DNA of 63,942 nt, the filler included, from Lenisia limosa (taxonomy: Eukaryota > Protista > Breviatea), in NCBI GenBank assembly GCA_001655205.1. It is 11 parts of 11 records of this genome, joined end to end, with 100 filler letters (N's around TTAATTAATTAA, not from the genome) between each part and the next. Parts side by side here need not be neighbours in the genome. Positions count along the whole stretch, not along the records: positions 17,799 to 33,985 come from LPNZ01006003.1; positions 34,086 to 39,465 come from LPNZ01006441.1; 9 more parts are not named here. The stretch is one strand, 5' to 3'. Shown piece by piece: positions 24,599-37,061 of the stretch. The position numbers and the translations under genes were made by a program. Under the pieces are notes generated by a model. The model searched no databases and had not been told where the DNA came from. It worked only from the letters and a program-made list of their open reading frames with translations. Numbering within the stretch: position 1 is the stretch's first letter; each line of letters begins with the position of its first letter.

Positions 24599-27049
24599 GT
24601 GGGACAATACTGATTTCACAGCTTCTTCATAACTACTATTTAACCTCTTTTTATTTATTATATTTGTGTTTTACCCTCGGCCATTTTAGTTATTTAACTT
24701 GCTTTCGGGTCAATTTGGATTTTCTTGTCTGAACTGGGCTTTCTAAGTTCATTTTTTTGATCTTTGTATTACTTTTATAACATCGTATTATCGTATTACC
24801 TGTTTCTCTTTACCACAACTCTTCTTGGGACCCTTCTGCAACTAGTTCACAACGAAAAGATAAATACTGAAACTGCTCTGTTGTTGAGTGCGTCTGTTAG
24901 GTAGGATGATACAAAGTGAGAAAGCCAAAGACAAAAAACTCCCTCCATTTGGTTTTGTTTCAATTGCCAGTGCCTGCCCTCGGCTGCCTTGGACAATGCC
25001 AATTGCTCCTACAAAGTGTTTATCATTCCCAACAAAATTGAAATGAGAAGAATGGCTACAGAAAACCCACAATAAAGGAAGATAATCAAATTATGAAAGA
25101 TTCAAGAACCATATAAATGCTCTTGGTAGGGGCAAATACTTGAATAAATTAATACTAGATCAAAACTACCCACACAACCCATTCACCGTCCAGTCTTCGT
25201 TGAAGTGAATGTTGAGATATCTAAAATTGTCAAAAAATGGAAGTTGAAAAAGCGCCTAATGAGCCCCTCTTGGGCAAAAGTGCAACAGAAAACGTCTTCC
25301 AGAGGCATACAATTGACCTGAAATTGTCTTGGAGCTAAAGACCATCGAAAGAACAGAAGACACATCAAGGCAGTCTTAAACCTTGTCACCTATAAAATGA
25401 AACTTATACCGGAATAGTTTGTTTCTCACCATTTGCAAAGAGTATAAAGGACCCTGGTTTGACTGCTTCAAGTCGAGTTTGAGGCTGGCGGTGTCAGTTG
25501 GGCAATGATTATTTACAGCCGAAGGATTTCTTCTCTCAAGCGCCAGTGGGAGCTTGATGCAGATCTCCTCAATGAGGTCCCGTCTCCGCTTCAATGGTGA
25601 CATTTGGGGTCAATTGGGGTCTTAAAAAAAAAATTATACTTTCGTAGGATGAAATAGAGCCAGTCAATGGGCCACCATAGAACCTCATCTTGATCACAAC
25701 TTCCAGACCTGAAAGAAATTAGTTGTTCTCTTTTGAGGCCATCAAGGCGAAAGCCGCACGCCTTGTCACGCTTGGGGAAAAGCGATTGACTGTCAAACAG
25801 TCAAACAGAGACCTTCGGAGTTCCCCAACAAGCATGCACGGGCTCAAATGACAGACTGGACATCTAAATAATGACGTGTTGGGCCTTTGTAGCTATAATG
25901 ATCATAATATTGGAACAAAGCACACTTTACTTCATTTCCACGCGCTGCGTGCTCTGATAAGGAATGTAAAGTGAGCTGAGCCTGGTTTGCCTTTCAATTA
26001 AACGTACAGATGAGGAAAAAAAAACCAATAGACAAAGAGTAGTTCTTTCAACCAAGAGCAAATTTGATAATTGAAATGCCAACAGTCGACATTAGTATCA
26101 ACAGAATATACAGTAGCCTACGTCTGCCCTGTAGACCCGCCAAATGGCATCTCTTGCCTTTGAATAATCCAAAAAAATACAACTGAAATCAACTTATTTT
26201 CTTAAAATATGATTGACGTTCATTGAAAAGGGCAATAAACATTGTCAAACAACAATCTCCTACTAACATGGGGAAGACCATTCCGCGCAGGTCCGCAATG
26301 CCCTGCGTGGCCGAGTCCAGCACACTTACGTGTCACCGTGCTTTGGAAGAGTTAGCTCAAAAAAGAAGACAGATGCTCAGGAGAAAACTGCAGCTGAGGT
26401 AAAACAAAACAATCCAACATTTAAATACCCATACATTTTGTACAGTGCTCAGAGAGTTCCTTGAAGACCGCCGGCCTTGGAACACAATTTCCCTTTCAAA
26501 AGATGGGCCTCATGCTAAGGAGCGTTAAAAAAACCTTGATGCTCTGTAGCAAAATGATTCCCTCATCTGAGGATCACAGCCTGCTCCTTGCCTGCATCTG
26601 TTCGTTGACCCCTTTGATTGGAGTAAAATATCTATTCAGATTTTCAAGAACCATTAAACTTACTGTTATCATATCTGCCATGAAGTGGGGCAACAAAAAA
26701 TCTACTGTGTTATCTTGTACGACCCTGGTCACAATTGATCATACCTTGTGCTTCTCTTTTGTTTGAAAATACGGTAGAATATCGATATTTTAAATCATTC
26801 TTTGATATTTGTTGATAACACTAACGTGATTTGTATATTACCACTCTTGTACGTGTGCTTCCCTACCCCTGATTTGCCTCTTGTACTTTCCTCTGGTCCC
26901 TTAAATGATAGTCTTGGATATTGATATTATCTTAAACCCTCTCTGTCTTCTCATGATTTTCAGATCGCACTTATCATCTTGTGCACCATTTTACTATGGA
27001 TTTAAGAAGAGAAGAGGTGAGCTTTCTTCAATGGTTGTTTTTGTTTTTC

Positions 27050-27123
27050 ATTGGCTTCGAAAATAGAAATATTGATGATTTATCGAGAAATTCAGACATT
27101 TTCTGGCTCGGAATAAAGCCCCA
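27050..27123. mobile_element. MITE family A, degenerate
   Basis: Core GATTTATCGAGAAATTCAG with eroded ends. Confidence 0.55.
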
Positions 27124-27800
27124 GTTTTACATGAAACAATAACGCTTCATTTGGCATACTTTTATTTTGCCTGCACTAATTTGAGCTTTAGTTTCCTTAA
27201 TCGTGTTGAGTATGTCGAAATTCACACTTTTTTTTTTGGGGGGGGGGGGGNNNNNNNNNNNNNNNNNNNNNNNNNNNNNNNNNNNNNNNNNNNNNNNNNN
27301 NNNNNNNNNNNNNNNNNNNNNNNNTGTATCAGAGATGAAACACTGAATTGAGGATAGCATATTCACCATTTCCTTTGTTGACACATTCAGGTGTTTCGAG
27401 TTCAGGGCAATTTTAGTTGTATTATTATTATTTTGGTTGAGTTGGGCCGTTTTTCAATACATGTTTTAGTTTCTTTTGGTCGACCAGGTTTCTGGAATGC
27501 AATTGGTTGCGCTGTACAAAAAACTATTTGTTAAAAACATGCAACTCTCGGTGCATTAACAAGTCAGCCATTAGTGGTGTTTCAATCCTGTTTGATCAGT
27601 ATTAGGTGCAAATTGATATAATACCCATTTCAGTGGTAATCCAGTCAAATCATTGGTTCATTTTCACACTTCTGAGTGGACAAAGAGAACACCAATCAAC
27701 TTGAGTGCCCATCTTTGGGGATCGGGAGTTACATCCGCAGAGTAAGAGTTAGTCAATTGCAGTATATTGCTAAATTATAATATGCTATCATATATGTGGG

Positions 27801-28339
27801 TCCTCAAAGCTCCGGACATCATTCAAAATTCCCGGACACATCAANNNNNNNNNNNNNNNNNNNNNNNNNNNNNNNNNNNNNNNNNNNNNNNNNNNNNNNN
27901 NNNNNNNNNNNNNNNNNNNNNNNNNNNNNNNNNNNNNNNNNNNNNNNNNNNNNNNNNNNNNNNNNNNNNNNNNNNNNNNNNNNNNNNNNNNNNNNNNNNN
28001 NNNNNNNNNNNNNNNNNNNNNNNNNNNNNNNNNNNNNNNNNNNNNNNNNNNNNNNNNNNNNNNNNNNNNNNNNNNNNNNNNNNNNNNNNNNNNNNNNNNN
28101 NNNNNNNNNNNNNNNNNNNNNNNNNNNNNNNNNTAGCACTGTCTACAGGGGTAGACTTTCCCGGATAATTGCCATTTATAAATTGGGGTTTCATTATTTG
28201 ATTAAGATTGAGATTACTTTCAAAAACAGAAAGGAAATAGGGTTTCTGGGTGGTTTATGGTGATTTTGTATGGAAAACTCAAGCTGTCCGGGAGTTTGAT
28301 GTGTCCGGGAATTTTGAATGATGTCCGGAGCTTTGACTA
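27801..28339. mobile_element. Family E element (gap inside)
   Basis: 41-bp perfect inverted repeat TCAAAGCTCCGGACATCATTCAAAATTCCCGGACACATCAA at both ends; right end ...TTTGACTA|TA. Confidence 0.8.
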
Positions 28340-28486
28340 TACATATAATACATGTCATATCATATATATATTCTCATGAAATTTTGAATGGTCAAATCCA
28401 CCATTCCACCCACGTGGAGAGAAACTATATACATATGATAATAATTCTGTACTACACAAATTCCAACAAAAAAACACTATAGCGCG

Positions 28487-31125
28487 TTAGGCCATGGGGA
28501 AAGCCGCTGTGTCGGCATCACGTTGGCCAGAGCGGCAGTCAATTCCTGACCCGTTAGTTGGATAGAGTGGTGGAATTATCAAAAACGGGGGAGTTTTGTT
28601 TGAAACGTTGAATAATAATCTGTTTGGGACGGAGTTAAGCATAAGTTAAAACCCACCAAGCAAAAATAAAACACATGCGGGTTGAGAACAAAAAAAAAAA
28701 ACAAAGCCCAGGCCAGCACTTCTGCAGCACAGCATACCATCACTCCAGGTGACATTAAGNNNNNNNNNNNNNNNNNNNNNNNNNNNNNNNNNNNNNNNNN
28801 NNNNNNNNNNNNNNNNNNNNNNNNNNNNNNNNNNNNNNNNNNNNNNNNNNNNNNNNNNNNNNNNNNNNNNTGACTTGAGTTGATAGGGGTGTTAAGTTCC
28901 CATTGCGTACCAGGGAAAGGGGTGAAACGAGCATCAGGGCTGTTCTTCTGTTTGGTGTTAGAGAAAGAAACAATTCGGTAAAAGTAAAATTTGAGATAAG
29001 AGAAAGAAAGGAAAAGGGTAAAAGTAAAAATTGAGTTACCAGTGAACATGTTCCATGTGACCCCCCACTCGACGGTCCTGTTGTGTCCTTATTAGGGCTT
29101 CACTTTCGGTTCCAAAAAAGACTGAATTCTCGACAAATCCTCGATAACCATTGATATTTTACAGGTGTTTTGGAACCGAAAGTGAAGCTCTAGTCCTTAT
29201 ACTGGACAAANNNNNNNNNNNNNNNNNNNNNNNNNNNNNNNNNNNNNNNNNNNNNNNNNNNNNNNNNNNNNNNNNNNNNNNNNNNNNNNNNNNNNNNNNN
29301 NNNNNNNNNNCAGAGTTCCGGAAGACTCGTCACCAATCTGAACCATGCGGCCTAAGGGGGGGTAATTAAGCCGAATGAAGTCAGCCTAATATATATTAGA
29401 GAGAAAACAATGATAAATAAATAAAAAAAACCCCCAAAGCTGTCAACACAATCATGCTTATAAGAGATATTGAATTATCGTATAGTCACCCAATTCATCC
29501 AATTCAGCCAATCATTTGCCTTAAAACAACTCTGTGTGCAGCTTTGGGATCAGATGACAGTAAATATCAGTAAATACTGCATCCCCTCACCATCATCAAG
29601 AGCAATGTCAACAGTGGTCTTGCCTCCATCTTCCTGAACAGCTTGCCAGCGCTCAACCTTGATAGTCAGCATGAGGCGATATCAGGCTTTTCTTCATAAT
29701 AGTTGCGGTACCAAAAAAGACTGAATTCTCGATAAATCCTTGATAAATTTTGATATTTTACCGGTTCTTTTAGGAATTGAAAGGGAAGTTCTATCCAACC
29801 TTGACGCCGTCATCGGTAAAGGTGCCAAGAGACTTGTTGAAGTAAGGGTTGAGGGGTTCTGAACGGTGAGACCTAGATGAGAAGGCATAAAAGGAGAGTT
29901 TCAACTTAAAACCGGTACTTTGAAACCAAACAAAAATAATAAATAAAAGGCACTTATGCACCTACAGACGTTTCAACCTTATTTTGGCAGAGCTTTATTT
30001 CCTGTTCCCAAAAGACTGAATTTTCGAGAAATCCTCGATATTAACAGTCTTTTTTGGAACCGAAAGTGAAGCTCGCTGGAGTGTAACCCCCACCGGAGGG
30101 TGCAGCGTTACACATCATTTGTCCCGCGTATTTGTAGTAGGAGTAGATCTTGTGATCAGCGTTAGACTAAATCGTAAGTGGTAACAAAAAAGGTCTAAAT
30201 TTGCCTATAAACTCGAAAAAATATCAATATTTTTCAAGTTAATGTATTTTCTATTATGCCACCTTACCAGAATCACCACCATGGGCATTGGGCCCGATCC
30301 GAAGTCAACGTAAATGGCCATATGAACGCCCTAAGATGTTAAAAACAGTGAATTGCAAGATCGTTTCACTTTCGGTTCCATCTTGTTCTTAGCTATATAT
30401 TAGATAGATTTCAGTAAAAATTTCGACAAGGAGCTGGGTAGAATTACTTTCAAAATGGGATAAAAAAAAAAAATCATATATCTTCTTACTCCAAAACACA
30501 CCTCTTCTCTTGAGTAGTTAATCTTAACTGGCTTTCCAGAATCGTCATTGTACTCTGCCTCAAAATNNNNNNNNNNNNNNNNNNNNNNNNNNNNNNNNNN
30601 NNNNNNNNNNNNNNNNNNNNNNNNNNNNNNNNNNNNNNNNTTAATATAAAATAGTATGATAATATAATGATTATATTATAATAGACATTAATAAATTAAT
30701 TAATATGAATATTAACACATGTGGTATTAATTAAAATTTTCATATTTACGATGAACAAAAATATACATAGGATATTCGCCGGACCCGGAGCATTAGGAAA
30801 CTCAAAAAAACTGCAACCTCTGTAAAATGAATACCAATCATACAAGTATTATTGCCAAAAACCCACAATAAACAGAGCAAAAATTACATCAAAGCAAGAC
30901 AATACACAACAATCATTGATGGTAGTACAAAGGGACATTTGGCCGAGGAAAAACATATAAAGGTTAATAGTTGCAGAATATAGTGTAAAACTTCATAACA
31001 GTTGTCAAATGGACCAAAGGGAAAGATATATAGTTTCTTCGGGAAAAATTCATGGTACAAGAAACCTACTAGGCAAGAGCCGCGCTCAACAAGGCAAATA
31101 GACACAGAGCAAACGAAAGCTTCAT
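28487..31125 (-). CDS. Secreted protein paralog 1 (possibly ependymin-related/LolA-like fold)
   Basis: Signal peptide MKLSFALCLFALLSAALA (exon 31125-31070); exons GVHMAIYVDFGSGPMPMVVIL|SNADHKIYSYY...|EPLNPYFNKSLGTFTDDGVK|VERWQAVQEDGGKTTVDIALDD|GRMVQIG...|PDARFTPFP|GIDCRSG...PMA*; exon boundaries match paralog 2. Confidence 0.78.
29093..29192. mobile_element. hAT-like MITE family A, type I (reference copy, 100 bp)
   Basis: TIR TAGGGCTTCACTTTCGGTTCCAAAA...TTTTGGAACCGAAAGTGAAGCTCTA; perfect 8-bp TSD GTCCTTAT (29085-92 / 29193-200); lies in an intron of paralog 1. Confidence 0.9.
29705..29793. mobile_element. MITE family A, degenerate
   Basis: CCAAAAAAGACTGAATTCTCGATAAATCCTTGATAAAT...GAAAGGGAAGTTCTA. 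Confidence 0.7.
29988..30076. mobile_element. MITE family A
   Basis: AGAGCTTT...AAAAGACTGAATTTTCGAG...GGAACCGAAAGTGAAGCTC. Confidence 0.75.
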
Positions 31126-31251
31126 CTTTAAGGCCAGAAAAGTAGAAAATTGAAAAATAAAATAAGTTTAAATGGGATTAGTTTTGATTACCTTTAATAT
31201 TGCCACGTCAAGGTCATCTCTGGTCATCTAGTCAGTCAGCTACTTGTAAAG

Positions 31252-33766
31252 ATGAAGTTAACTGTTATTTTGAGTCTATTTGCCTTGTTGAGCGTGGCTT
31301 TTGCCTAGTAGGTTACCTGTACAATGAATAACCAAGAAAACTCTCCTATATATTTCTCTTTGGCCATTTTGGCATCTGTTGTATTGCATTTATACCAGTT
31401 TAGAACAAATAAAGCCACTATGAATACCTACATACTTATTCCCTTCCAACACGATCTCGGATTTTCCAATCATGAATGATCAGATCCTCTGAAACAGACA
31501 TTCTCGACCAATGAAATTATTGTTATTTCTATTCATTTCTTCATTTTCAGATTTGTACTTCAGTGTTTTAATGATTGATTGGCTTCTTAATTTGAAAATG
31601 GAGACAGATTTTGACAGTATTAGGATTTTGAGTTTCCAAATGTCACTTTCAGTTCAAAAAAGAGAAAACTTATTGACTGATTAATATCGATAAATTCGAT
31701 ACCATTGACCCAAAAGGCTCTAATACCAAATCATTTCCAAACGAATACCAAGAGAAGATTCTTTAAAATGGGATTTGCAATTTTTTAATCTTTACAATTA
31801 AAACTTCTTTAAAATGTGATTTATAGTTTTCGACATAGGCCCTCGCGTTGCAATTTGCAATACAATACACACCTCTTTACGTACAAATACTCGCTTTCTT
31901 CAAAAAAACTACATTTTAACATTTCCAACTGTTTAGGCTTCCCGGGCGACCGGCCCTTAACCTAGAAAATCTGGATATGAATAATTGTCCTCTTTTTTAT
32001 TTTTACCCCCCCCCCTCTCCCCACCTAGTACCTTCCCTTCCATTTTTGAAGTTGAGTATAATGACTTTTCCGGAAAGCCTGTTAAGATCAACTACTCAAG
32101 AGAAGAGGTGTGTTTTGGAGCAAGAGAATATCTGAAATATTATCTTGGTCAATAATGCTAGGGCTTCACTTCGATCCGAAAAAGACAAATTAATTATCGA
32201 TAATCTTGAAATGACTGCACATTAATCCTTCAGGGAGGCTATATGGACCTCTATGTTGACCTCGGCTCAGGACCAGTGCCTTTAGTGGCGATAATTGTGG
32301 GTCACCTTCTGTTTAAACTAAAAATGATATAATTTGACAATTTTTTGAGAGTACAATATTCGTTCCCTTCTGCTTATAAATAGGGCACTGTGGTATTATT
32401 TGTTTCAAGAAATTAACTGTTGCTGTTGATTTTTGAATTAAAGTCTGAAATGTGGTTCTGTTGCAATATAGTCCGCTTGAAATTACCAAGTTAATTACAC
32501 AATTAATTGCACAACGTCCTGCTTATAGTGCACAAGTTGTCGTATAATAATGATGTCAGTTTTCTCTGTGTCTCTTTTTACAGACTTTAATTATTTGCGA
32601 TGGTCAGGCAGTTAATTGAAAAAATAATTGCTGGCAATTAATTGCCAGGTGCCCTCAATAATAGTGATTTTAGTTTTCTCTCTGTGTCTATTTCTTCAGC
32701 CTAGCCAGTTTTGTGTTTGTGTTAAACGTCTGAACGAAAAATGAAGGATTACTTCTGAACTTTCATTTCTTTGCATCATTCTCCTTCCCTTGTTACTATT
32801 TTTAGTCCAACAAGGATCACACAATCTACTCCTATTTCCAAATCGGAGGAGAAACGATATGTTACGCCGAACCCTATGGTAAGATTGGGACGATTTCGCA
32901 TAATCTTGCATTGTTTTTTTTTGTTTCTTTTTCTTTTTTCAGTTTTTTTGCATTTCGCTTGTTTCTTTATTTTCGGACGAAATAGATAATCTACTCTTTG
33001 GCCTTGAAAAAAGCGGGTTTATTGATAAATTCCTGGAACATCTTGATTATGTGACATCTTTTTTTGGACTAAAAATGAAATTAGAACAATATCAACAAGT
33101 GATATGAACATAAACCGAAATAAAAGTTCAATCAACCCTCTCCATTTATTCATCAAATCAAAGGAAATTAATATAGGGATACTTTTAACAAACCAGCACT
33201 TTTATTCACTGAGGTCCGAAACAGATTGGTAAATGTATCACATCCTGTACTAGATTTTTGAGGATTTATCGTTTTTTACCAAAGTGAAGCTAACCTTCTT
33301 ACTTCTGTGCTAACGATTATTCACATAGGGATTAATTACATGTAATATATCAACATATCACCACTTCTTCGATCATACATAGGGATACTATAAATGAATT
33401 ACCACTGTTACTGTTTGCACTAACAGTTATTCAGCCCCCATCAACCCTTACTTCAATACGTCCCTCGGTACTTTCAACGATGACGGCGTAGAGGTGTGTT
33501 AGTGACTATTTTCTTGTGTTTTGGTCATTCTATAGCTTCACTTTCTTGTGTTTGGATGTTGATTTTCTTGTGTTTTGATGTTCATTTTCTTGTGTTTTGG
33601 GTGGTCATTTCTAATGTAATACCTCCTTTCAGACAAATTCCCCTTTTTTATAACATGATTATGACAATAGAATATTAGTCTGTATGATCATTTTAGGTGG
33701 AGCGTTGGGAGAGAATTCTTGATGAAGACTCCGGCAAGAGTACCATAGATATTGCCCTTGACGACG
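31252..33766 (+). CDS. Secreted protein paralog 2 (3' end missing at contig end)
   Basis: Exons 31252-31307, 32029-32107, 32234-32296, 32806-32878, 33435-33493, 33697-33766 splice in frame: MKLTVILSLFALLSVAFAYTFPSIFEVEYNDFSGKPVKINYSREEGGYMDLYVDLGSGPVPLVAIISNKDHTIYSYF...PINPYFNTSLGTFNDDGVEVERWERILDEDSGKSTIDIALDD. Confidence 0.8.
32159..32210. mobile_element. MITE family A, left half
   Basis: TAGGGCTTCACTTCGATCCGAAAAAGAC. Confidence 0.65.
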
Positions 33767-33869
33767 GTAATAGGAGACCCCTAAACTACTTCGCCCATTA
33801 TACATACATGTATACATAATTATAGATGATATATAATATATATATACATACTGTATATATATATTATAA

Positions 33870-33931
33870 TTCACAAAGTCGGACTAGAGTCAAGCTCAAA
33901 AGGGCTTTCTTTCCCCGCTGATTCTGCCAAG
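33870..33931 (-). rRNA. ~60-bp fragment of large-subunit (28S) rRNA (pseudogenic insert)
   Basis: Minus strand CTTGGCAGAATCAGCGGGGAAAGAAAGCCCTTTTGAGCTTGACTCTAGTCCGACTTTGTGAA matches the recalled conserved eukaryotic LSU segment GGCGGAATCAGCGGGGAAAGAAGACCCTGTTGAGCTTGACTCTAGT; flanks do not look like rRNA. Confidence 0.85.
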
Positions 33932-33985
33932 TCTGTATATTACTCATATTAGGACGCATGTTTGCTGAATTAACTCACATTCGGC

Positions 33986-34085
33986 NNNNNNNNNNNNNNN
34001 NNNNNNNNNNNNNNNNNNNNNNNNNNNNNTTAATTAATTAANNNNNNNNNNNNNNNNNNNNNNNNNNNNNNNNNNNNNNNNNNNN
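33986..34085. other. Artificial contig-join spacer
   Basis: 44N-TTAATTAATTAA-44N. Confidence 0.97.
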
Positions 34086-34193
34086 TTGCCGAAAAGGTAC
34101 TAATCACGAACCGAATGATCTGAAACTCCAAAAACAAACAACAAAAAAAAAGGCAAAATGGGGAGAGGTGGGGGGCCTGACAGTAATGAATAT

Positions 34194-34297
34194 TAGAGCT
34201 TCACTTTCGGTTCCAAAACAGACTGAATCTCGATAAATCCTCGATAAATCCTCGATATTCTGTCAGTCTTTTGGAACCGAAAGTGAAGGAGGCTCTA
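34194..34297. mobile_element. MITE family A, type I
   Basis: TAGAGCTTCACTTTCGGTTCC...GGAACCGAAAGTGAAG(GAG)GCTCTA; degenerate TSD. Confidence 0.85.
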
Positions 34298-36017
34298 GTA
34301 ATTATGAACCGAACACTACCCCCCTCCCGTACCTCGTGCATTCCCGGTCAAGGCAATAGGTACCCAATTCTCCACATTCGCTCGAACTGTGGGATTCATT
34401 GGCTGAAAAGAGTCAGTTCAATTCAGTTCAGTTCAGTCCAGTTCAGTTCATTTAAAATACAAGAGCATTTCACAGCTTCCCTCACTCTATGTGGCTTTTC
34501 ACTCAGGTACCAGAGGTAGACAACTGATGAGTCTCCGCCTATACGGTGAATTTCGATGAATTGAAAAGTGCTCCAATATCATTTAAACATGAATTAAGAG
34601 AAAAAGCCTTTGGTAGAGTCCAACTACCAGACTGTTANNNNNNNNNNNNNNNNNNNNNNNNNNNNNNNNNNNNNNNNNNNNNNNNNNNNNNNNNNNNNNN
34701 NNNNNNNNNNNNNNNNNNNNNNNNNNNACAAGTAGACAATTTACAGAAACCAAAAAAATAGAAGAAGAGAAAAAAAATCCGTATTTGAAAGCGGGTGCAA
34801 AATGGTTCTGTTTTTTTTAAAAAAACAGGCCCTAGCTCTCTCTTCTGAATAAGGAACGAAGAACTTGGCTTCATGTACTGTACCTACTTGTGTTGAGAAA
34901 TGTCTCTGAAATTAGATGTAATATCCACCTGTTAAGTCTGCGTGGTATACGGTTCTGGATTTCGGAGACCGCCACTTTTTGCCTTTTGCTCTCTCAATCG
35001 CCGCTCTATGCTTTCATTTTATTACAGATTTTGGGTCGCGTGACTAAGGTTCCAGGCAACTATTGTTTGATAAGCAAAAGTGTATATATTTACGTGAATC
35101 AACAATAACATTGAAAAATCCAAAAAAACATAGTTTTTTTTTGTTTTCTTGTTTTTTTGGTTTTTGTTTTTTCTTCAACTCTCGCCAATAGTGGTAGAAG
35201 CACCTCCCCCACACCATATTATATGATATACACTTGAACTCCCCTTTCCACCCGCTACACATTACCCCTTGACCTCCCCCCTCCCCCACAAGACGCTAGC
35301 ATTGAGCCTGTAGGAGACCACCTAACACAGTTCACGGACCGATGGGATAGTCTAAGGGGTTATATCGATAATGATTAATAATAACATAATTCACCCAATC
35401 ATTTCCCTTAAAACTCTAGAAAATGTAAGCAGATTGAAATACACCGCCCCCTCTCATACTATTACGCACGGCAATAGTCTTCAACAAAATTTTCTTCACG
35501 TACCTTTCACTTTGATCCATCAGCTAATATCTTTGCGTCAATACCCCCTCCTCCTCTCCCATCCTACAATCCCTTTCCNNNNNNNNNNNNNNNNNNNNNN
35601 NNNNNNNNNNNNNNNNNNNNNNNNNNNNNNNNNNNNNNNNNNNNNNNNNNNNNNNNNNNNNNNNNNNNNNNNNNNNNNNNNNNNNNNNNNNNNNNNNNNN
35701 NNNNNNNNNNNNNNNNNNNNNNNNNNNNNNNNNNNNNNNNNNNNNNNNNNNNNNNNNNNNNNNAACGTCCAAAATCGGCTTTGTTGCCCAGATCCGCACA
35801 TGATTGTCTGAAAGAGTGTCACATGAGATACTGGGAGTTTCCGCGATATATATACATAGCAATGATAAATAAAAACAAGGATTCATCTGGTCACACCGTC
35901 CTGGATATTGATTGAATAGATAATTCACGAGTTGTTATGTCAGGTGTTGAACGGACAGTGATTGATTTGACAAAAAACTTGACATTACAGGAAAATATGG
36001 ACAAACCCCCCCATATC

Positions 36018-36068
36018 TAGGGTTTCATTTCGGTTCGAAAAAAGTCTGAAAATCTCGATAAATCCTCC
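36018..36068. mobile_element. MITE family A, left half
   Basis: TAGGGTTTCATTTCGGTTCGAAAAAAGTCTGAAAATCTCGATAAATCCTC. Confidence 0.65.
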
Positions 36069-37061
36069 TTACCCATTTCCTCCCCCCCCCCCCCCNNNNN
36101 NNNNNNNNNNNNNNNNNNNNNNNNNNNNNNNNNNNNNNNNNNNNNNNNNAGCATCGTGATTTCTAAAAGGAATTACAAATAGGTGAAAATAATTGCAGCG
36201 GGTGGTAGGTGACTATAAAAAAGGGACAGCATCACCATTCTATGGGCATCTTAACCAACTGGGTAATTTTGGTATCATTTTAAAATTATTTATTTAAAAT
36301 ATGGCAAACTGGAACTTTGATAAGAGCACGGGTTTTTCAAATAGCGTCAAAAGAATATTGGCGCGCAACCATGACTGAACTGAGAAGAGCAAAACAATTA
36401 TAAATAATTTTCTCAAAAAGTTGTATTCGATTATGTAAATCAAACAAAGCCACACTAGATTTATTAAACGATATCAAAGAGGTACTCGAGCAAACCAGAG
36501 CAAACAAGTCGAAACAATAGTTCACGCCACCAACTGTTTGTAAAGACGTTCTCTTGAGAGTCATCGTCAAAACCTCCACCCGGGATTTGCTCTGTCGACG
36601 CATGTGCAACCCATAGAGGCTGAAAGATCTTCATGGCACAAGGCCAAGGCTGAAGACCAAAAGCAAGATCAGTGGCCAGAAGGTTTTATCCGTCTATCAG
36701 TCTTATATCCTTATTTCCGTTTTAAAATTATAATATAAAACAATTTACGTCTAATGAGGTGATTGAACAATAGAAAGGGCAAACACATTCAAAAATTCAT
36801 AATAAAGGCACATTAGTTACACGAGTTGCATTATATATAAACTAAAAAAAAATATCCTGGTTTGCCTTTTTTTCGCCATTCCTGCTTGTTTACGTGTACT
36901 TTGATTGTATTTATAACTCTTTGTTGAGTCTAGACGTGTTTGCCTAACTTTTCGCATAAAACAATTTGAGAAACTTACTGAAGCGGCAATCGGCCCGATA
37001 ATGCCTTAATTCAGCATTAATTTGAAACTTGGTGTTGTTTAGAGCAGCAAATTGCGACATA

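Noticed and set aside
27767-28263. ORF-track entries of >100 aa spanning N runs (also 3679-4202, 51397-51876, 60429-61441)
   Set aside because: Their length comes from X residues across gaps.
28480-28548. P450-like heme motif GHGESRCVGITLA on the + strand
   Set aside because: It is antisense to the last exon of paralog 1 and has no supporting P450 exons.
30268-30335. Aspartic-protease-like YVDFGSGP...VIL
   Set aside because: No DTG/DSG follows after splicing; both paralogs continue SNxDH.
31060-31315. Both paralog signal peptides are followed by TAG TAG, suggesting stop-codon reassignment
   Set aside because: Explained by a phase-2 donor (GCC TA|GTAGGT); in paralog 2 the next exon starts with T, giving TAT (Tyr). 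Other genes read in the standard code.
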